Positions 52,201-63,857 of a DNA stretch of 64,000 nucleotides are shown piece after piece (within the stretch, counting starts at the first letter, position 1; every line of letters starts with the position of its first letter). The notes below the pieces were generated by a model. The model was given only the letters and a program-made list of their open reading frames with translations, made no database searches and was not told where the DNA came from. Made by a program: the position numbers and the translations under genes. The stretch is from contig OZ037765.1 of NCBI GenBank assembly GCA_964035545.1, positions 34,930,080 to 34,994,079 of the forward strand, given 5' to 3'. This DNA is from Bugula neritina (taxonomy: Eukaryota; Animalia; Bryozoa).

Positions 52201-55200
52201 TGGCCACCGTGGGGGCCGACGCGTCTGGAATAGCCAGCGCATCAGCCCACCGCGTGAAATGGTCAGTTAACACCAGTATCCAGTTATTACCTCTCACTGT
52301 CGTGGGCATGGGGCCTACCAGATCTACAGCGACTACCTGCCACAAACGACCGGCATAGAGGCGGTGCCTCCCTGCGGTCTCAGTGGAGCGGCCATGCTTG
52401 CTAGCTTGGCATATCTCACACTTCCGCACCCGGAGTCGGACATCCCGGGTCATACCGGGCCAAAACCACTGGAGTTGAAGACGCCCAGTCACCCGCCCAG
52501 CTCCTGCATGAGCCTGCTTATGGGTGTCCCAGATCAACTCCAGCTTCAGAGCAGACGGACAGACTACCCTCTCTCGTTCTTGGCCATTGATGCCGGCTGC
52601 TAACGTTATCGTTAACAAACCATCATCATTAAACCGGAGGGAGTCCCAGCGGTCATAGAAATATTTAAACTCCGCAAACTTAACACTATTTTATTATTGT
52701 AGTAACTGTTTCATGTTGGGATGAGGCAGTTTTAAACTAACTACTGTTGTGTTACAATAGATATAAACTAACGTTAGCATTGGATATAGATTGAGTATGA
52801 ATAGGACCTGTTTTATGTTACAGAGAGGAGGAGTATAGGACTAGTTTTATGTTACAGAAAAGAGTATAGTATAGGGCTAGTTTTATGTTACAGAGAGTAG
52901 TATAGGGCTAGTTTTATGTTACAGAGAGGAGTATAGTATAGGGATAGTTTTATGTTACAGAGAGGTGTAGTATAGGGCTAGTTTTATGTTACAGAGAAGT
53001 GTAGTATAGGGCTAGTTTTATGTTACAGAGAGTAGTAGTACAGGACTAGTTTTATGTTACAGAGAGTAGTAGTACAGGACTAGTTTTATGTTACAGAGAG
53101 TAGTATAGGGCTAGTTTTATGTTACAGAGAGGAGTATAGTATAGGGATAGTTTTATGTTACAGAGAGGTGTAGTATAGGGCTAGTTTTATGTTACAGAGA
53201 AGTGTAGTATAGGGCTAGTTTTATGTTACAGAGAGTAGTAGTACAGGACTAGTTTTATGTTACAGAGAGGAGTATAGGGCTAGTTTTATGTTACAGAGAG
53301 TAGTATAGTATAGGACTAGTTTTATGTTACAGAGAGGAGTATAGTATAGGGCTAGTTTTATGTTACAGAGAGTAGTATAGGGATAGTTTTATGTTACAGA
53401 GAGTAGTATAGTATAGGACTAGTTTTATGTTACAGAGAGGAGTATAGTATAGGGCTAGTTTTATGTTACAGAGAGTAGTATAGTATAGGACTAGTTTTAT
53501 GTTACAGAGAGGAGTATAGTATAGGACTAGTTTTATGTTACAGAGAGGACTATAGTATAGGACTAGTTTTATGTTACAGAGAGTAGTATAGTATAGGACT
53601 AGTTTTATGTTACAGAAAAGAGTATAGTATAGGACTAGTTTTATGTTACAGAGAGTAGTATAGTATAGGACTAGTTTTATGTTACAGAGAGGAGTATAGT
53701 ATAGGACTAGTTTTATGTTACAGAGAGGACTATAGTATAGGGCTAGTTTTATGTTACAGAGAGGAGTATAGTATAGGACTAGTTTTATGTTACAGAGAGT
53801 AGTATAGTATAGGACTAGTTTTATGTTACAGAGAGGACTATAGTATAGGGCTAGTTTTATGTTACAGAGAGTAGTATAGTATAGGGCTAGTTTTGTGTTA
53901 CAGAGAGTAGTATAGTATAGGGCATATGATGAAGATATAAACCGACTACTCATATATATGCATCGTATGCTATCTTCAATCCTTATATTATTATCGGAAA
54001 AATTTAAAAAATGTTGCCTTCTATTATTACACTTTGAAACTATAAGCTGTTTCAAAATTAGAGATTAAATGCAAAACTAGATGTTTTTGAGTTGATTTAC
54101 TTATCATATCAAATGAATATAAAGTTTGATGTCTGTATTACAGAGAGGAGTGATTATGGCCAAAGAGGTATAGACAGATTTGATATCGGAGAATCACAGA
54201 AGGAGGGGGAGAGTATCTCACCTCCACTTGCTAAAGTTCCTGGAGACAAAAAAGCTGAGGCTATGAATAGACTGAACTATGATGACCTGCTAGTAGTGAA
54301 ATCTAGCATGGAGTGTAAGTAACACACATGTAATACTTGATATTATACTGTGTATAATATACTGTGTGTACTATACTGTGTGTAATATACTGTGTGTAAT
54401 ATACTGTGTGTAATATACTGTGTGTAATATACTGTGTGTATTATACTGTGTGTAATATACTGTGTGTGATATACTGTGTGTAATATACTGTGTGTAATAT
54501 ACAGTAATATACAGTGTGTAATATACTGTGTGTATTATACTGTGTGTAATATACTGTGTGTAATATACTGTGTGTAATATACTGTGTGTAATATACTGTG
54601 TGTAATATACTGTGTGTAATATACTGTGTGTATTATACTGTGTGTAATATACTGTGTGTAATATACTGTGTGTAATATACTGTGTGTAATATACTGTGTG
54701 TAATATACTGTGTGTAATATACTGTGTGTAATATACTGTGTGTAATATACTGTGTGTAATATACAGTGTGTAATATACTGTGTGTAATATTCTGTGTGTA
54801 ATATACTGTGTAGTAATATACTGTGTGTAATATACTGTGTGTAATATACTGTGTGTAATATACTGTGTGTAATATACAGTGTGTAATATACTGTGTGTAA
54901 TATACTGTGTGTAATATACTTTGTGTAATATACTGTGTGTAATATACTGTGTGTAATATACTGTGTGTAATATACTGTGTGTAATATACTGTGTGTAATA
55001 TACTGTGTGTAATATACTGTGTGTAATATACTGTGTGTAATATACTGTGTGTAATATACTGTGTGTAATATACTGTGTGTAATATACAGTGTGTAATATA
55101 CTGTGTGTAATATACTGTGTGTAATATACTGTGTGTAGTATACTGTGTTATACTGTGTGTAATATACTGTGTGTAATATACTGTGTGTAATATACTGTGT

Positions 55201-55926
55201 GTAATATACAGTGTGTAATATACTGTGTGTAATATACTGTGTGTAATATACTGTGTGTAATATACTGTGTGTAATATACAGTGTGTAATATACTGTGTGT
55301 TTTCTTGTAGCATTCATAGCAAAGGTTCATCCAGTATATGGATCTCTAATGATTAGAGCTCTTGTATCCTCCATGTATAAACATGCCTGTCACCATGACC
55401 TCTACACTATATTCAAACAGGTGAGTATAACTTTACTAAATTAGTTGCCTATTGTTAGGATTATAAACACTAAGAAATGCTGTAGCAAGTAGTAATGAAA
55501 ATATCCTGTATTTTGTTTCATGTGATAAGAAACTGTCATATAAAGCTACAAGTCTCTACCTTTACAACTTTCAACCAAACTAACTCTGCTTTCCAACTAA
55601 AATGATATTTTATTCGCTACAGGGACAACCACTGTGTCTGTTGCTTCAAATATCATAAACTTTTATCATGTGACAAGTTTAATTGGCTGAATATGAAAAT
55701 GTTATATTGGGCAGACTTCGAGATTAGTAATTGCATTATTTCACCATCCTCTGTAAACATTCTATAAACTGTTCTTCAGGTACAGACTAAAGTGAGAAAA
55801 CTTTGCTTAGATAAAAATCTAGAGAGTGGAGGACAGTTGGTTGTAGTCTGGGATACTCTCACTCATATGAGACAACTTTACCTGTTTCCTAGGTTTAATG
55901 GCCACAAAAGAGAAGATGACTTCTAA
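34242..55926 (+). CDS. Gene B: LRR-ROC-COR-caspase paralog, 1306 aa. Exons 34242-34392, 34920-35148, 42314-42457, 42919-43062, 43738-43881, 44948-46950, 47114-47206, 47389-47579, 47659-47829, 47988-48210, 54144-54314, 55311-55420, 55780-55926
   Basis: All junctions GT-AG and phase-compatible; summed CDS 3921 nt, open to TAA at 55924-55926; exon sizes 229, 144, 2003, 93, 223, 110 identical to gene A; motifs [34 protein letters not shown]. Confidence 0.82.
35310..36305. repeat. 30-bp intronic minisatellite, about 33 copies
   Basis: Same unit and same intron position as 2427-2697. Confidence 0.95.
36305..36375 (+). pseudogene. Remnant 3' end of a deleted LRR cassette exon (donor kept, acceptor lost)
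   Basis: tgtaaactgtgaattctaccaaacag|gtatgtattatattatagtgtagaatgatactg fused directly to the minisatellite. Confidence 0.85.
36378..41787 (-). mobile_element. 5'-truncated Ty3/gypsy element 2 inside the gene B LRR-array intron
   Basis: 3' LTR about 36378-36762 with PPT; RT, RNase H, integrase ORFs 38571-41787 with stops; no gag or 5' LTR; joins cassette-intron sequence at acaa microhomology (41784-41787). Confidence 0.92.
37078..38517 (-). CDS. Element 2 accessory 3' ORF: acidic N-region, two C2H2-like fingers, C-terminal basic/coiled-coil segment
   Basis: Open frame directly after the pol stop, first ATG 38517; [25 protein letters not shown]...[34 protein letters not shown]. Confidence 0.75.
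   Translation of the reverse strand: MADRILEDIRSRELSFRNPVEIPTGHATRALAGNNSEARGSAISSSDFTQLARQLQLKLNSDPDTPKFDLNTVLQTLSAAMRITLPDTQSGISFRLDPPVTESSQTSVDWSLLDLLGSDYLEPEAEMDLGDDCVIDTLLNHDVGSVNFCDTPWPPVFNLAPYTPMPNFGDSETGLSQPLLSVLEERMDTEEASQSDSPFPPAPASASHSQQDVTSSTEVCSAIVSGPDPKPVELQLTAGKEQGILHGDHLAAEEDDSPILALPRVLVARQYWVTGPTNLRIGEACGEPGNRICHQCQRKFSSARRLRVHAPQHYINLLCPCGKISYQRDYVLRHQRIAHCHTSYTFAVDQASFPEFWDLVLPHVADPHKRAALALGFPVCRPVREEEGEPAATPQPAATQPLRVVLARVGSGARTDSSDLGPRPSAAGEKQRRRTSHSTTDRPRHQTSAQLEEKVQHLRRRLRRYEEELGQLRRRVSCL
42314..42457 (+). CDS. Gene B LRR cassette exon B1
   Basis: 144 nt, phase 2-2; ...DISWNN...[16 protein letters not shown]. Confidence 0.9.
42919..43062 (+). CDS. Gene B LRR cassette exon B2
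   Basis: 144 nt, phase 2-2; ...DISGNK...[16 protein letters not shown]. Confidence 0.9.
43738..43881 (+). CDS. Gene B LRR cassette exon B3
   Basis: 144 nt, phase 2-2; ...DISLNK...[16 protein letters not shown]. Confidence 0.9.
44948..46950 (+). CDS. Gene B large exon: 3 LRRs + ROC GTPase + COR
   Basis: 2003-nt exon in ORF 44892-46985, ungapped paralog of 10183-12185. Confidence 0.92.
47659..55926 (+). CDS. Gene B caspase-like domain over 5 exons
   Basis: [74 protein letters not shown]. Confidence 0.85.
48499..52680 (-). mobile_element. 5'-truncated Ty3/gypsy element 3 in a gene B caspase intron
   Basis: 3' LTR about 48499-48920 (TG...CA) with PPT ggaagggagag; frameshifted integrase 51179-52618 ([20 protein letters not shown]). 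Confidence 0.88.
52800..53923. repeat. 31-36-bp minisatellite (ttttatgttacagagagKagtatagtataggRctag), about 32 copies
   Basis: Tandem units seen directly; source of spurious ORF 53363-54055. Confidence 0.95.
54343..55300. repeat. 14-bp minisatellite (taatatactgtgtg) filling almost an entire gene B intron
   Basis: Tandem units between donor 54315 and acceptor 55310. Confidence 0.97.
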
Positions 55927-56020
55927 AGGAGTTTATTCAACAAATATTATGTATAACATGCTGCTACAGCTCCTTCAGTAAATAAACAATTATACACAGT
56001 TACTAGTTTAGATATATAGT

Positions 56021-56126
56021 ATATATACACTATGACATGTCATTACAGGTGACACTATGAGACAGCTACTCTATACTGTAGATATATACACTATGACATG
56101 TCATTACAGGTGACACTATGAGACAG
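56021..56126. repeat. Short tandem duplication (~61-bp period) in gene B 3' UTR
   Basis: atatatacactatgacatgtcattacaggtgacactatgagacag occurs twice. Confidence 0.85.
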
Positions 56127-57638
56127 GTTGCTTGATTTATTTTAAGCTCCAGATACTTCCTTCTGAATGATTAATTAACCATATTTCATGTTTTATTTTA
56201 TTCTTATCATTTAACTGCAGTACTTCATTTTACAGTTTATATATTCAAACTTATGACAATTTTAGCAAAGACAATTGACTATAAATATTTCTGTACCAAA
56301 CTGCCTGTGCTCTGTGTAGACTGATAACACATGTTAAGAGGGCAAAAGTTACTCCCTGAGAGCAACTTCAGGTCTCTTTGCGCCTGTTGTATTTTTAGTT
56401 TTTATATTTATATAATATACTATATTATCATCCTGTGTGTTCCATATTTTAATAAAGAAGTTATATTAGTAATACACCTTGAGCAGTGGTCTCTCTATTT
56501 AAGAGAAGATAACCACAGTGCGTATTCATGAAATATATCACCTTAAATCATGTCTATCAAGCTGGTAACAAATGGCATACTAACTTGTTTATATTGGCAT
56601 TAGGGTTGGGGCTATCATACACCCCCCCCCCCCTTCACATAGATATATTTGGTAATCATCAGCATTCTATACGTCCTAGGAAATCGCTTGAAGCTGCAGC
56701 AGCGAGTTGGAAGTCACTGAGTGCAGTGGTTTGGACACAGATGTCTATACAAGTACTGCACTCAGTCACCTCCAACTCAGAGCTGCTTCTAGCAACTTTC
56801 AAGATGAAATATGCAGATGAGCAGATCATGAAGGTAGAGGAATATGACTGGTCACTATTGAGATATTCATTATACTTTCTGCACACATCTGGTATCAGAA
56901 CTTAAGCTGAATGCATGGCATATACATTATATCATCTGCATGTAAACTACACACTATTAGGGGAGACAACTAGGTTATTGTTCCTGTATAATATACTTAA
57001 TATCAGATAACACACTAGAGGAATGTATATTGATTATAGAGAAAGTGAAGTATTCTTTGTCGGATATACAAGTCAAGTACTTATTGTACAATAACAATTG
57101 CCAGGTCAGGTAAAATCAACACAATGAACTAAAACGTCCCATAGCTCAATGGCTGGCAAACAACCAAGCAACCCGTTCCAATACAGCAACCCCTAGCTAG
57201 CTCGATGGCTAGGGTCAGTGTGGTATATTTAGCAAATCTTACGGAATCATATGGGCGCTATTATGCCGAGATTGGTACCGCGAGTTTATATAAGTTATAA
57301 AGGAAAAATTTTGCCACTTTTGTTATTTTATTTTTTTTCTATTTTATGTGTACATTTTTTTTAATTTTTTTTATTGGTAAAGTTTTTAAACACATTTTTA
57401 ATGCACATAAAATTAAAAGAAAAATTAAAACTCAATCATGCACATAAATACAAAGCTATAAAGTTGAAGCTTCGCTGTGATTTTAATGTGAATATGAATT
57501 GAATAATGCTTGCAATAACCATTATACACAAAATACGTTACAGTTGCTATAAATGTAAGACTAGTTAATTGGATGCAAATAGGCACGGTAATACTATTTA
57601 ATTTATGCTATTTTTGAATTTTGTAGTAAATATTTGGC

Positions 57639-57642
<4 letters not shown>

Positions 57643-57713
<71 letters not shown>

Positions 57714-57944
57714 TTATATATATATATATAATATATAATATTGTTATATGTATATATTATATATAATATCATTATATATATATAATGTATATAATTTAAT
57801 ATATAATATAATAATATATTATATATGATATTATTATATATATAATATAATATATAATATAATAATATATTATATATATTATATATGATATTATTATATA
57901 TATAATATATATATAATATAATATATAATATAATATTATAATAT
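57643..57944. repeat. (TA)n microsatellite and AT-only low-complexity tract
   Basis: Seen directly; abuts the LTR of element 4. Confidence 0.95.
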
Positions 57945-58559
57945 TGTTATGTTTTTCAGATTTAGGGTTGATATGCTATCCAGAGAGTCTAATTACTTGC
58001 TATAGAACTGCACCAGGATAAGTCGAGTGAACGAGTATATATTTTACACACAATGATACATTATAAAAAAACGATACAATACATTCAGACAATTTACACA
58101 TCTAATCTATTCGATACTCTAACTTCGACTGAGTTAGCAGCGGGAAACTATATTTGCTGCTAACTATCAAATACGCTAATTGGCTATCCATTGTTCCGGG
58201 TCAATTACGCGACCCTACATGTTGTGCTGCTGGTAGTTCCACGAACCACCACACCGCCCCCACCAGCAGAAAGCCCTCTTTCTGATATATATATAAAAAA
58301 ACATTCATTATTAACCGCATAATCAGTAGACCAAAATAATACATAACACACAGGAAGATACATAATAATAGACAGAGTCATTATAACAGTCCGTTACCTA
58401 CAATTGGCCAGCTATAGACGAGGAATACCGGCTAGCTGTGGTATTGGACAAGGAATAGTCTGTCGAGCAGTCAAGCATTTGCACGAGGTCCTGGGTTCCC
58501 CCAAGAGGATGAAATTGCAGATTATTCCGGCAGCAGAACCAGAGTCATTGTTGGGCACG

Positions 58560-59326
58560 TCAGTGCTTGGCTTGGCATGTACGCAGTTTCCGTTTCATAC
58601 GGCATACGGATCCCTTTAGCTGGAAGAGTCCTGTGGTAGTATTAAGTAGATCTGGTGCCAGCTGGGTGAATTCTTCTTGTAATCGCAGGAGGCGTTCTTC
58701 TACTGTGGCTAGGCGGACTGGGTCTGGGGACGGTGTCCGTCTACGGCGCAAGGGTGGACTGGGGGACCTGGTTCGTCTCTTCGTCGGGGTAGGGGAGATC
58801 TCTCCTTCTTCTGGATATGTAATTTCCTCGGGGGTGTATGTAATTTGAGGATGGTCAGACACCAACGGGGATTGTTGGCGGGCGTTGTCTAACACACGTT
58901 GGAACCCCGAGGACAGAACGGCTAACAGCATGGCCTTCTTCACCAGAGGTCGTATAAGTGTGAGGAACTCTGGGTATAGCTTAGCGTCGACCACGTAGTT
59001 TTCTCCAGGGAAACAGCCCGTCGCTCGGTGTCTGGTGACGGGGTAGGGATACACATCATTGTACCCGCAGGGGCAGAATGTTAGTAGGAGATGAGCATTG
59101 ACGTGTAGTTCAAGGGAGCGATGAGAGGCGCAGTCTTCACCACAGATCTGGAATCTCGTCCGTCCTCTGGACCCCCAGGCCGTTTCTATTTTTTCTTCTG
59201 TTTGTGGAGACACCCACCGCCAACGGCGGCGTAGTGGCTCAGGCCGGTCACCACTAGCATACTCCTCCGGATACGGAGCAGGAAGTGTTCTATCCCGTAC
59301 CCTGGTTGTAGCGGGTCGAGTGTAAT
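58560..59326 (-). CDS. Element 4 accessory 3' ORF (zinc-finger-like plus coiled coil), probably expressed by splicing
   Basis: Open frame with no early ATG, preceded by acceptor ttgaaactttttcag; QICGEDCASHRSLELHVNAH, CPCGYNDVYPYPVTRHRATGC, RLATVEERLLRLQEEFTQL. Confidence 0.75.
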
Positions 59327-59976
59327 CTGAAAAAGTTTCAACAGTGTTAATACAGTACACTGCCGTGTTGTCAGCTTGAATAGCTTGGCAACTCCTAATT
59401 CAGTTACCTCGTAGAGATTTATGGTAGTGAATAGTCAGATAGAACACGTATTGCAATGAGATTATAAAAATCTCTAAGTCAAACTGAGTTCTTACTACGG
59501 TATTCCACTAACCTATCTCCAGCTCGATTGACTCAGTGAGTCAGAGCTGAGCGATGCAATCTAGTTTCGTATTAAGATATAGTTAACTCACCTCACGATC
59601 TGTTGTCGTAAGACATACTGAATGTGTGAAATGGTTTGAACTACTGCTTAGAAACACGTCTACTCCTGACTGCATCAGCGTATGAAAAGATCGAGCAACG
59701 TGTTTGGGGTGCGTGATTAAGACTTTGTGCACTCGGCGGATGAATTTTGTTTCTATTTCCGCCAATACAAAAGTTGATTTTTCCGTGGTGTTGACAACTC
59801 CCACATTTGCTCGATACTTTTCTCGTACGGTTTTCCCCTAGACTTTCATACACGCCGCTTTTAACGCAGTCGCATATGAAGTCCTTCAAGTATGCGGGGG
59901 GTTGCCTCGTACGCTGTCCCCTTTCTAGGGGGGGTGACACGCTTGCCGGTTCGTTAGTAGGGGCCTCTAATGGCGT

Positions 59977-62900
59977 CTATACTTCACCGTTAGCGGTCAC
60001 CTCTTCTTGTTCTCCGGATGGAGCCCCTCCCTCCGTGGGGGTTTGCACTTCCGGAACCGGTTCGGTTTCTGGAAGTGATGGAATTAGACTTGGCGGTGGC
60101 GGACACGCTTCTGTTGACAAAAGTTGCCGCTCCTCTCTCACCAAGTTTTCTTCCCGCGGTATGACCACTTCGTATTCAGGTCCATGCCGCCGTCGTCCGC
60201 GCGTTGTTGTCTGCCTCCTGGGCTCTAACAACGGGGGGGCTTCTCCCACTCCGTCGGGGTTAGCCCAATACGGTTTCAAGCGAGACTCATTCTGGATAGA
60301 CAACTGTCCTGAGCGCTCAATCTTGTACGTATGATTGGGCATAGCCTCGACGACCACGTAGGGGCCTACGAACTTAGGCTTCAGCTTATCAGCCTGTCCG
60401 CGGCGCCTACGGTAATTGACCATCCACACCTTATCGCCCCTTTGATAGAGAGGTGGTTCATCGGAATCTTCGTGCCGCACCTTCCACTGCTGTTGGCGCA
60501 GTATATCGTGTGCGGCCTTCATCCGTTCCACTAGTTCACTGGCATACTCGTGGACTGAGTTATCTTGCTCTGGAACGTGATAGGTGAGATGGTCAGGGAC
60601 ACGAGTCTCTCTCCCGAGCATCAAGAGGTTTGGGGTCTCACCAGTACTGGTGTGTGGGGTGCTACGGTATGCACGCATGACTTGTGGCAACACCGTATCC
60701 CATTCCTCTTGACCTCGTCCAAGGAGGAGACTCCGGAGTGCATCACCTAGCATCCGGTTGTTGCGCTCCACCACCCCGTTACCTTGAGGGTGGTAGGGGG
60801 TGGTCCTGCTCTGATTTACTCCCCAGAGGCGGCAAAGGTCGCTCATCAGTTGAGACTGGAATTGAGCGCCTTGATCAGAGTGTATCTGTTCGGGGAGCCC
60901 AAAATAACAGAATACATGTTGGTCTAGTGCCCTGGCCACTGTTGGGGCTGATGCATCTGGGATAGCCAGAGCATCCGCCCACCTAGTAAAGTGGTCGGTT
61001 AGTACTAGGATCCAATTATTGCCTCTGGGGGTCAGGGGCATGGGTCCGACCAGGTCTACAGCGACTACTTGCCAGGGCCTACCAGCGTATAGCCTCCGCC
61101 GTCCTGCTTCACCAGGGGGGCGGCTATGCTTGCTGGCCTGGCAGATCTCACACTGTTTGACTCTGAGCCGGACATCACGCTCCATTTGTGGCCAATACCA
61201 CTGAAGTCGTAGTTTGGACATCACTCGCTTGACCCCTGCGTGGGCCTGTTTGTGAGTATCCCAAATCAACTCACGGCGGATGGCTGTGGGGCAGACTACC
61301 CTCTTTCTTTCCGGGTGTCTGCCGCTGGCAGCTAGAGAGATGGTTAGCAACCCATCCTGCCCGATCCGCAGCGAGTCCCAACGCTGACAGTATAGCCGGA
61401 ACTCGGCGCATCCCTGTCGTATGCGTTCCTCGCTGGGTCGTCGCCCTTCCCTTTTGGCCCGGTATATGTCTGCCACGACTCCAGGCAGCTCTTCTTGGAG
61501 CTTCTTCAGCTCTCGAACATTACCGGCCAGTACAGGGTTGGCGCGGAGGTTTGTACATCCTCCGGGGACTCATCAACTCTTTGCCTGAGTTGACCTTGAT
61601 CCCAGTCAAACGGTGCTCCGTGGTGAGCCAGCGTCTCCAACTCGCATCGCGGGGGACCTCCATCCCTCCTCTCGATGTTGAGACACTGTTTGCAACCTCC
61701 GTCAGGTCGGCGACTCAACCCATCCGCGTTGCTGTGTCTCTTGCCCGGTCGATGTTCGATCCGGTATGAGAATTCAGCTAGGATTTCGAGCCACCGGGCG
61801 ACCTGACTAGAGGGCTCTGCTCTCCTGCACAACCAGATCAGCGAGGCATGATCCGTACGCAGCCGGAACTTCCTGCCATCTAGGTATGGTCTGAAGTGCT
61901 TCACTGACTTGATTACTGCCAGCAGCTCCTTGCGGGTAGTGCAGTAATTTCATTCAGCAGGTGAGAGAGACTTGCTGTAGTAGGCTACTACTACCTCTCG
62001 GCCTTCCTGCACTTGTGACAGCACAGCGCCAACATTTTGGTCACTGGCGTCCGTGTCTAGGATGTACTCCAGAGTGGGGTCTGGGTAGGCCAAGATGGGC
62101 GCCATTAGTAGGCAGCCCTTGAGGCGGTCGAACGCTTCTTGTTCGACTGGGGTCCACTGCCACGTCACTCCCTTTGCGGTGAGCCGGTTTAACGGCTGGG
62201 CTATGCCCGCAAAGTCTGGTACGTATTGCCTGTAATACCCTACCAGCCCCAAGAAAGCCCGGAGTCCGGTCAAATCTTGGGGGGTGACCCAGTCTTCTAC
62301 TGCCCGTACCTTTTCGGGATCCGTTGCCACGCCGTTTCGACCGACAACGTGCCCCAGGTACTTGACCTCCGGCTGCAATAAAGCGCACTTGGAAGGTTTG
62401 AGCTTAAGACCGGCACCTCGGAGTCTCTCGAAAACCTCCTGCAGACGACTGACATGTGTCTCGAAGTCTGGAGAGATTACGATGACATCATCGAGGTAGA
62501 CCAGCAGTGTCTTCCAATGGAGTCCAATAAGGACTTGTTCCATCAGCCTCTGGAAGGTGGCTGGGGCGGAGGTTAACCCGAAAGGCAGCACCTTCCACTT
62601 CCACAAACCGTCCCGTGTGATAAATGCCGCTTTCTCCTGGGCGTCGGGACTCAGAGGAACTTGCCAATAGCCGCTTAGCAAGTCTAACGTACTGAAGTAC
62701 TTCCTGCCGGCCAGGGCGTCCAATGACTCGTCAATACGAGGTAGAGGGTAGGCGTCCTGTATGGTTACGCTATTGAGTTTGCGGTAGTCCACACAGAACC
62801 GCCAACTGCCGTCTTTCTTCCGGACCAGTACGACTGGCGAGCTCCACGCACTATGGGCGGGCTCTATCAGTCCCCGGTCCAGAAGATCCCGTACTTGTCG

Positions 62901-63857
62901 GCTAACCTCCTTCTCTTTCTCCGGCCCCAGCCTGCGTGTGGGCTGCCGGACAGGGACTGTCCCTGCAGTCAGCGGTATTTCGTGTCTGACAATTCCAGTC
63001 AGTCCCACGTCATGCTCTCCGCTGCTGAACACATCACCGTAGTCGCGTAGTAACTTAGCCATAGCTTGGCGTTCTCTGTTACTCGCGCAGCCGCCACTGG
63101 CTGTTTCATATAACTCCCGGAGATGTGTTGGGACTGCCCTTCGTCCCTGAATAGGGTGTCGAGGGAGTGCCTCTGTCGCATCACCCAGCGACGGGCCTAC
63201 GTCTCCCTCCTGAACAGAGTGAAAACGGCCCAGCATCGACCCAGCCGGGAGCTTGATAGGCTCGGTAAAGGGGTTGACGCACTGCACTAAGATCTCCCCT
63301 TGCTCAGTCAGCTGATTCAGACTGCTGGCAAGTTGGATCTTTTCGTGCGCGCCTTCAACCACCCCGAGTCCAGAGATCCGGCTACTATTCACCCTGCAGT
63401 GAATGGTAGCCCGGGAGCGGCCTGGTATGATACGGTTGCGTACCACTTGCACACCTCCCACTAAAGGGCGGCCGAACTTGTCGACGCAGGCGAGTTCCCG
63501 CCCGGACATCATCATTGCAGATCTGCTAAAATCGATGTGACATCCGTGCCGTTTAAGGAACGGCATCCCGAGGATAGCATCCTCCTTGAGCTGACTGACG
63601 ATGAACGTCTCTTGGATCGTTTGATCTCGGACTCGTCCCGTCAGCTCAATTATACCATAGAAGGGAAGGCACGACCCGTCAGCTAGGGTGCCGTATTCCC
63701 CTTCGTATGCTTCCATCTCGCCCCTGACCCTAGCACTGAGGGTGTCGAAGAGTTGGCGGCTTAAGAGGTTTGTGGTACAGCCCGAATCAATGAGGAAAGT
63801 AACAGCTTTGCCTTTCAGTTTACCGGGCAAGAAATAGCTGTTCCCATGGGGCTGCAC
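59977..63857 (-). pseudogene. Element 4 pol (protease-RT-RNase H-integrase), two lesions
   Basis: ORFs 61950-63857, 61506-61904, 59977-61476. Confidence 0.93.

Noticed and set aside
53363-55330. Long repetitive ORFs ([12 protein letters not shown])n and ([14 protein letters not shown])n
   Set aside because: Stop-free translations of the 36-bp and 14-bp intronic minisatellites
34242-55926. Gene B as an uncollapsed allele of gene A
   Set aside because: Caspase exons and their introns are far too diverged to be allelic, and upstream flanks differ
59400-59590. Hammerhead ribozyme in the gypsy spacer
   Set aside because: GAAAC is present on the minus strand but no correctly placed CUGANGA core was found
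59583-59804. Direct splice of the 73-aa ORF to the accessory zinc-finger ORF
   Set aside because: Donor is phase 0 and acceptor phase 1; the true upstream exon is unresolved
61950-61952. In-frame TGA in element 4 pol as programmed readthrough
   Set aside because: Element 1 has Arg and element 2 Lys here (AERNYC, AEKNYC), so it is a simple nonsense mutation; a frameshift follows
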